From the NCBI RefSeq assembly GCF_000315625.1, contig NW_005434658.1, positions 773,139-837,138 of the forward strand: a stretch of 64,000 nt of DNA. Reading direction: 5' to 3'. Shown here piece after piece: positions 59,085 through 64,000 of the stretch. A program made the translations under genes and the position numbers. The notes under the pieces were generated by a model. That model ran no database searches. It worked only from the letters and a program-made list of their open reading frames with translations, and was not told the origin of the DNA. The stretch comes from Guillardia theta CCMP2712. Its lineage: Eukaryota > Protista > Cryptophyta. Every line of letters starts with the position of its first letter. Position 1 is the first letter of the stretch.

Positions 59085-62000
59085 ATGCACGGGGCAACGC
59101 TGTGGGTATGCGGGAAGCGCTTCGACGTGAGCGAGCAAACGATGCGGCATGGCGCGAAGCTCGGCTTCGCTCCCTTCAAGCATGTCCTCTCTCTGATGCC
59201 TCCCTCCCACTCCTCTCCTGCTGTGCCCGCCTGGCAAGCAGAGAAGGGGATGGAGATTCTTCTAGATGAAGACCCAACGCCATGGCCGGTGTGGCTGGAG
59301 TTCTTCAGGGCTGGGAAGATCCCATACTTGGAGGAGAACCTGAGGAATCTGATCATGGAGGCATCGAGGCAGCGAGAACTGGACGTGGTGGTGGATCTGC
59401 TCAGCAAACAGCCTGACGTGCAACGTGGAGAGTTGATGATGATTCTCGCTCAGTCTTCTAGCCCTCCTAACTTGTGCGGGTGGAACATGCAGGGTCTGGA
59501 CCTCAAGAACCTCTGCTTCGACGGAGCTCGTCTCGATCGCGCGACCCTCCGCATGGCGACGCTGCGAGGAAGCTCCTTCGTCTCAAGTTCCTGCGCCCAA
59601 ACCAACTTCAGTCGCTGTGACCTGAGCGACGCGAACTTGTCCATGTCCACCCTGAGCAGAGCAGACCTGTCGGAAGCGAAGCTATGCAGGGCAGACCTGA
59701 CGCACGCGAACCTCACGGAGAGCAACCTGTCGTCCTGCGACCTCTCTGACACCATTCTCAGTGGAGCAAACCTGGGAGGAGCGGATCTGAGCGGAGCGAA
59801 GCTCTTCAACTGCGACCTGAGCAGGACCAGCCTGATGGACGTGAACCTGTCGAAGGCGATGCTACAGCAGGCGAGACTGCAGGGAGCCCAGCTGCAGGGC
59901 TGTAACCTCTCCTATAACGACCTGTCGGACGCCAACCTGGAAGGGGCCAAGTTGGAGGGGGCGGACCTGAGCTACTCGAACCTGAGCCAGTGCAACCTGA
60001 GCCAGGCGAGCTGCTCGCGGATCATGCTGCAGTTCTCTGTGATGACCCGGGCGAGACTCAACGACGGAGACTTCGGGAGTGCCAACTTGTCAGAATGTGA
60101 CCTGACGCACTCTCAGCTGTCTTCCAGCTGCTTCGAGGGGGCGGATTTCAGAGACTCGGTGTTGGACGACTGCGACCTCTGTGGCGCGAACTTCAACTAC
60201 TGCAACATGTTTGCCTGCAAGATCAACAGAGCTCAAGTCAGTGACGCGCAGTTTGTCAACGCGAACCTGAGCAACGTCAAGTTGAATGCGGCCCGCGTTC
60301 TGCGGTCGAACTTCTCGGAGAGCAACCTGACAGCGTGTGACTTCTCTGGAGCAGTGATGAACGACTCCAACTTCGAACGAGCAAACCTCACAAAGGCAAG
60401 GTTTGTCGGGTGCGAGATGAGGAACGCTAGCTTCCAGCATGCGACTTTCGCCTCCGCTACCTTCTCGGACGTGAAGATGGAAGGAGTCGACCTCACAGGC
60501 TGCGACTTGTCCAGCTGCGATCTCTCCAAGTTGATCTTGTCCGGCTCCAAGCTCGAGAAGTCGAACCTGCACAAGAGCAAGTTGTCAAAGGTCGACCTGA
60601 GCAACTGCAACCTGACCCTGACGGACATGTCGTCGTCGGATCTCCAGAAGGCAGATCTGAGCAGATCACTGTTCTACCGCGCGAACCTGTCCAGCGCGAA
60701 CTTGAAGAGCAGCAACATGAACGGCGCAGATCTCTCTCACTGCAACCTCTCCTCGGCGTGTCTTGAGAGAGCATCCCTGTACGGCTCCAAGTTGGAAGGA
60801 GCGAACCTGGAGGGGGCGGACTTCAGCCATTGTGACCTTTCCTTCGCCATGCTGCAGAATTGTAACCTCCGAGGAGCGAACTTCACGGGAGCAAAGCTGA
60901 CGGGCACAGACTTCTCGGGCTCAGACCTGGAGGGCGCGATCATGCCCGACATGGAAGGCTACGACCTGCAGGGGGTTTGCCTGTCAGGCACTAGCGGCTT
61001 CTTCAAGGACAAGAGCGCAAGGAGGGCCAACTTGTGCGATGCTGATCTGAGGGGTCAGGAGCTCAGCGGGGTCAACCTGCAGCAGGCAGATCTCTCGTTC
61101 GCTGACCTCACCGGGGCGAACCTGCAAGGGGCGGACCTGACTGGGACGAAGCTCAACGGGACCAACTTGTCGCAGAGCAGGCTTGCAGGAGCTTGCTTCT
61201 CCTGTTGGGCGGAGAGGGACGTGTCGGGGATCAAACTAGCAGGAGCCGAAGGGCTGAGGCTGTCGGGAGTGGACATGAACAACTCGTCCTGGACGGGAGC
61301 AGACTTGAGGGGGGTGAATATGGCAGGGAGTAACTTGAACGAGTGCAACTTCTCGGAAGTGAGCTTCAACGGGGCTGACCTGACTGGCTGCAGCATCTAC
61401 AACACGAACCTGACCAACTGCGACCTCAAAGGCGTGAACCTGAGCAGGGCGAACTTGCAGTATTCTGATCTTAGCCACTCGGCGATGGACGGAGCCACGT
61501 TGCCGGAGTGGAGCTCAGGCTCGTTCGAGGGAGTCGTTTTGACAGGTGCGACGGGAATCAACTTCGTCGGGGCTGACCTTCGCAAGGCGGACTTCTCGCA
61601 AGCAGTGCTCAAGGGCCACGACTTGTCGGCTGCAGACTTGAGCCAGGCGAATCTCCGCAATGCTGATTTCACTGAGTGCAACCTGACGGGGTGTAACTTG
61701 ACTCAGTCGAACCTGTCAGGCTGCAACTTTGACGGAGCCATTCTCTCCGGTGCCATCATCAAGCAGGTCGACCTGTCGACTACCAGACTTAACGGAGCGA
61801 TCCTCCCCGAGCTCATCGAGATTGACGTGCACGGGATCAAGCTCCTGGATGCCAGCGGTCGCAGCCTCAAGGGCAAGGACCTCAGGAACTCCAAGTTGTC
61901 GGAAGCCGACCTGTCGCACCAGGACTTCGCCGGCGCTGACTTCTCCGGGTCAAAGTTGTCAAGAGCGAATCTCCGTCAGTCAAAGCTCGACGGCTGTGAC

Positions 62001-62876
62001 CTCTCCAACTGCGACCTGTCGAGGAGCATCCTGGAAGGCGCGAGCTTGCAAGGGGCGGTGATCCGAGGCACGGACTTCTCCAACGCGAAGCTGGAGGGAG
62101 CGGCGCTGCCGGCGTGGGTGGAGGTGGACTTTGAGTGCTGCAAGTTTGCGGGGGCCACGGGCCTCAACTTCAAGGACGTGGACCTGAGGAGCTGTAAGTT
62201 TGCAAACTCAGACTTCCGGGGTCAGGACTTCTCGGGCTCGAAGCTGTCGGGGGTTCAGCTGTCAAAGGCGAACTTGACAGGGTCAAACCTGTCCAGCTGT
62301 GACCTGACTGGTTCCGACATGTCAAAGTGCCACCTAGAGCGGGCAAACTTGCTGGGGGCGGTGCTGAAGGGGAGCGACCTGTCGCAGGCGCGGCTGAAGG
62401 GAGCCGTCCTCCCTGATTGGACCTCGTGCGACCTGACCGGGTTGAAGCTGGCCGGAGCCACAGGCTGCAAGCTGCAGGGGAAGAGCTTCCAGGGCTCTGT
62501 GCTCGACCGGGTGGACTTCCGAGGGCTCGACCTGTCCGGCGCTGACCTGAGGGGCTGCAGCCTGGTGGGAGCGAACATGGGAGGATGCAACTTGACCGGC
62601 GCGAGCCTGCAGGGGTGCAACCTCAAGGGGACGATCCTCACGGACGCGGTGATGAGAGGAGCGGACCTCGATCACGCAGAGTGCTGGCTGCTGGGGTCGT
62701 GCGAGGCTGGGCAGGAGACGAACCTGAGAGGAGCTGACCTCCACGGAGCGAAGCTCTTCAGCTTCCCCTGGGCGATCGGGGCAGGGATGACGGTGCATGC
62801 TGCTGCCGGCACTAACATACGGACGGTAGAGGACAAGAGGAGGGCACTGGCTCAGGCGGGAGCCAGGAATCTGTAA
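59085..62876 (+). CDS. BTB/POZ (KCTD9-like) + very long pentapeptide-repeat protein, about 1260 aa, intronless
   Basis: N-terminal TLWVCGKRFDV...LLDEDPTPWPVWLEFFRAGKIP....LIMEA resembles the KCTD/T1 BTB pattern; followed by more than 1100 aa of A[D/N]LS[G/x]-type pentapeptide repeats. Confidence 0.9.
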   Translation: MHGATLWVCGKRFDVSEQTMRHGAKLGFAPFKHVLSLMPPSHSSPAVPAWQAEKGMEILLDEDPTPWPVWLEFFRAGKIPYLEENLRNLIMEASRQRELDVVVDLLSKQPDVQRGELMMILAQSSSPPNLCGWNMQGLDLKNLCFDGARLDRATLRMATLRGSSFVSSSCAQTNFSRCDLSDANLSMSTLSRADLSEAKLCRADLTHANLTESNLSSCDLSDTILSGANLGGADLSGAKLFNCDLSRTSLMDVNLSKAMLQQARLQGAQLQGCNLSYNDLSDANLEGAKLEGADLSYSNLSQCNLSQASCSRIMLQFSVMTRARLNDGDFGSANLSECDLTHSQLSSSCFEGADFRDSVLDDCDLCGANFNYCNMFACKINRAQVSDAQFVNANLSNVKLNAARVLRSNFSESNLTACDFSGAVMNDSNFERANLTKARFVGCEMRNASFQHATFASATFSDVKMEGVDLTGCDLSSCDLSKLILSGSKLEKSNLHKSKLSKVDLSNCNLTLTDMSSSDLQKADLSRSLFYRANLSSANLKSSNMNGADLSHCNLSSACLERASLYGSKLEGANLEGADFSHCDLSFAMLQNCNLRGANFTGAKLTGTDFSGSDLEGAIMPDMEGYDLQGVCLSGTSGFFKDKSARRANLCDADLRGQELSGVNLQQADLSFADLTGANLQGADLTGTKLNGTNLSQSRLAGACFSCWAERDVSGIKLAGAEGLRLSGVDMNNSSWTGADLRGVNMAGSNLNECNFSEVSFNGADLTGCSIYNTNLTNCDLKGVNLSRANLQYSDLSHSAMDGATLPEWSSGSFEGVVLTGATGINFVGADLRKADFSQAVLKGHDLSAADLSQANLRNADFTECNLTGCNLTQSNLSGCNFDGAILSGAIIKQVDLSTTRLNGAILPELIEIDVHGIKLLDASGRSLKGKDLRNSKLSEADLSHQDFAGADFSGSKLSRANLRQSKLDGCDLSNCDLSRSILEGASLQGAVIRGTDFSNAKLEGAALPAWVEVDFECCKFAGATGLNFKDVDLRSCKFANSDFRGQDFSGSKLSGVQLSKANLTGSNLSSCDLTGSDMSKCHLERANLLGAVLKGSDLSQARLKGAVLPDWTSCDLTGLKLAGATGCKLQGKSFQGSVLDRVDFRGLDLSGADLRGCSLVGANMGGCNLTGASLQGCNLKGTILTDAVMRGADLDHAECWLLGSCEAGQETNLRGADLHGAKLFSFPWAIGAGMTVHAAAGTNIRTVEDKRRALAQAGARNL

Positions 62877-63566
62877 AAGCCTCGTAGGCAGGGGGCGTTC
62901 TTCAGCTCTCTGTCCTCCAACTATTTTTCCCTCCCTCTCTCTGCTCCTAACTCTTCTCCCTCACCTTTCTACCGCTCCCGGCTCTCTTGAATTTTCTGAA
63001 CTATCGATGACTCTGTGAGCTGAAACCTCCAGCCCCTCGCTCGCTCCCGGGCCACACTGCCTGATCATGGCAGTGACGTCTGATCAACCTCCCGAATAAG
63101 CCTCGGAACTTACCAGGAGTGGCCGCAGGGGCGGATCATTCTAATCCGCAATGTATCAGCATGGAGTGCCGGGCCCCGGGAAGCAGGGGGTCACGCTGAC
63201 CGGGCCGGCTGTGAGTGCCACATTTCCGAACTGAAAAGTTCCGAGGCTCTCAGTGCCGCCTGGCAGTGGTGCCCCGCAGCGCCGGGCCGGGCCCGGACGG
63301 TTCAGTGACTGACGTCGGCCACTGGGCCCATTCTTTTCAGCTCGAGGAAAAAAACACCCCACCTTGCGAGCGGAAACATCAGGGTAGGGGTTGAAGGGGG
63401 TGGTAGTGTTGCACGCCTTTTCGAATTGTCGGTGAAGGGCAGGAGCGGCCGGTAAGGAAGCAGGGGGAGATGGTGAGGAGGCGCTGAGAAGAAGAGGAGG
63501 GAGCGGGAAGAGACGAAGACCTCACTGTAAGAGGAGCCGTAGGATAGGCCTGAGACTCTAGCCAGC

Positions 63567-64000
63567 ATGTCCTGGAGCAAGGAACAAGGAACAACCCCAC
63601 TTACCCCCCTCGACGTAGTCACTAGGGCCAGGAAGAACCCGTGCATTCGGACATGGAACCTTCAGAAGAGCCTCAGAGTTGCCGAGCAACTGCTGTCGTT
63701 GGAGGACAAGAGCATCCTCCCCGACATAGAGGACATCATCAACGGAGCTGTGCGGGAGGTCAAGGAGATCATTCAGAACAGTAGCTTTGATGACGTGGAA
63801 GACTTGATGGGGGTGGAGAACGGAATAAGTCCCAAGCTGCAGTCCTACGACAGAGAGGGGGTTGAAGACATCTTGCAGCAGATCGCCTCGATGCAGGAGT
63901 CTGTGAGTAGCCTCAAGGCAAGGTCAACCCCAAGGAGGGTGAAGGTGGGCACAGACAGTGAGCGGGGCAGGAGGCTGAAAGAGTCGAACAAGGAGAACAT
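63567..64000 (+). CDS. Open ORF running off the window; helical/acidic, possibly TE ORF1/Gag-like or hypothetical protein
   Basis: ATG 63567, MSWSKEQGTTPLTPLDVVTRARKNPCIRTW..., no stop to 64000; absent from the ORF track, probably because it has no stop in the window. Confidence 0.45.
   Translation, partial: MSWSKEQGTTPLTPLDVVTRARKNPCIRTWNLQKSLRVAEQLLSLEDKSILPDIEDIINGAVREVKEIIQNSSFDDVEDLMGVENGISPKLQSYDREGVEDILQQIASMQESVSSLKARSTPRRVKVGTDSERGRRLKESNKEN

Overview
Gene-dense, intron-rich eukaryotic nuclear DNA with two 100-N assembly gaps. Short (about 40-110 nt) GT-AG introns, purine/pyrimidine microsatellite-filled introns, GC-rich intergenic islands and a signal-peptide+Phe plastid-targeting sequence suggest an alga with a complex plastid, most likely a cryptophyte such as Guillardia theta (inference, not verified). 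Recognisable genes: dolichol kinase (partial), JMJD7-like JmjC hydroxylase, PHT1/PHO84-type phosphate transporter, EMG1/NEP1, two ankyrin proteins, Notchless/NLE1, a 1020-aa parallel beta-helix protein, a CTR copper transporter with Cys-Met motifs, a bHLH-PAS transcription factor, a pecanex-like protein, a Cys-rich putative GPI-anchored protein, a MORN-repeat protein, an FtsH-like AAA ATPase lacking the protease domain, M16 and M48 peptidases, and a very long BTB + pentapeptide-repeat protein. The most unusual signals are: (i) the BTB-pentapeptide protein has an exact 303-nt (101-aa = 5 coils + 1 residue) super-repeat; (ii) the beta-helix protein carries an AFAMGxHxRLG motif that may be an F-box-like adaptor; (iii) the FtsH-like ATPase lacks its protease domain; (iv) several small structured non-coding elements occur, including a GTAC-rich TIR element and an identical 68-bp hairpin repeat. 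No rRNA, tRNA or CRISPR array was found. Exon boundaries were read by eye and are approximate unless stated.
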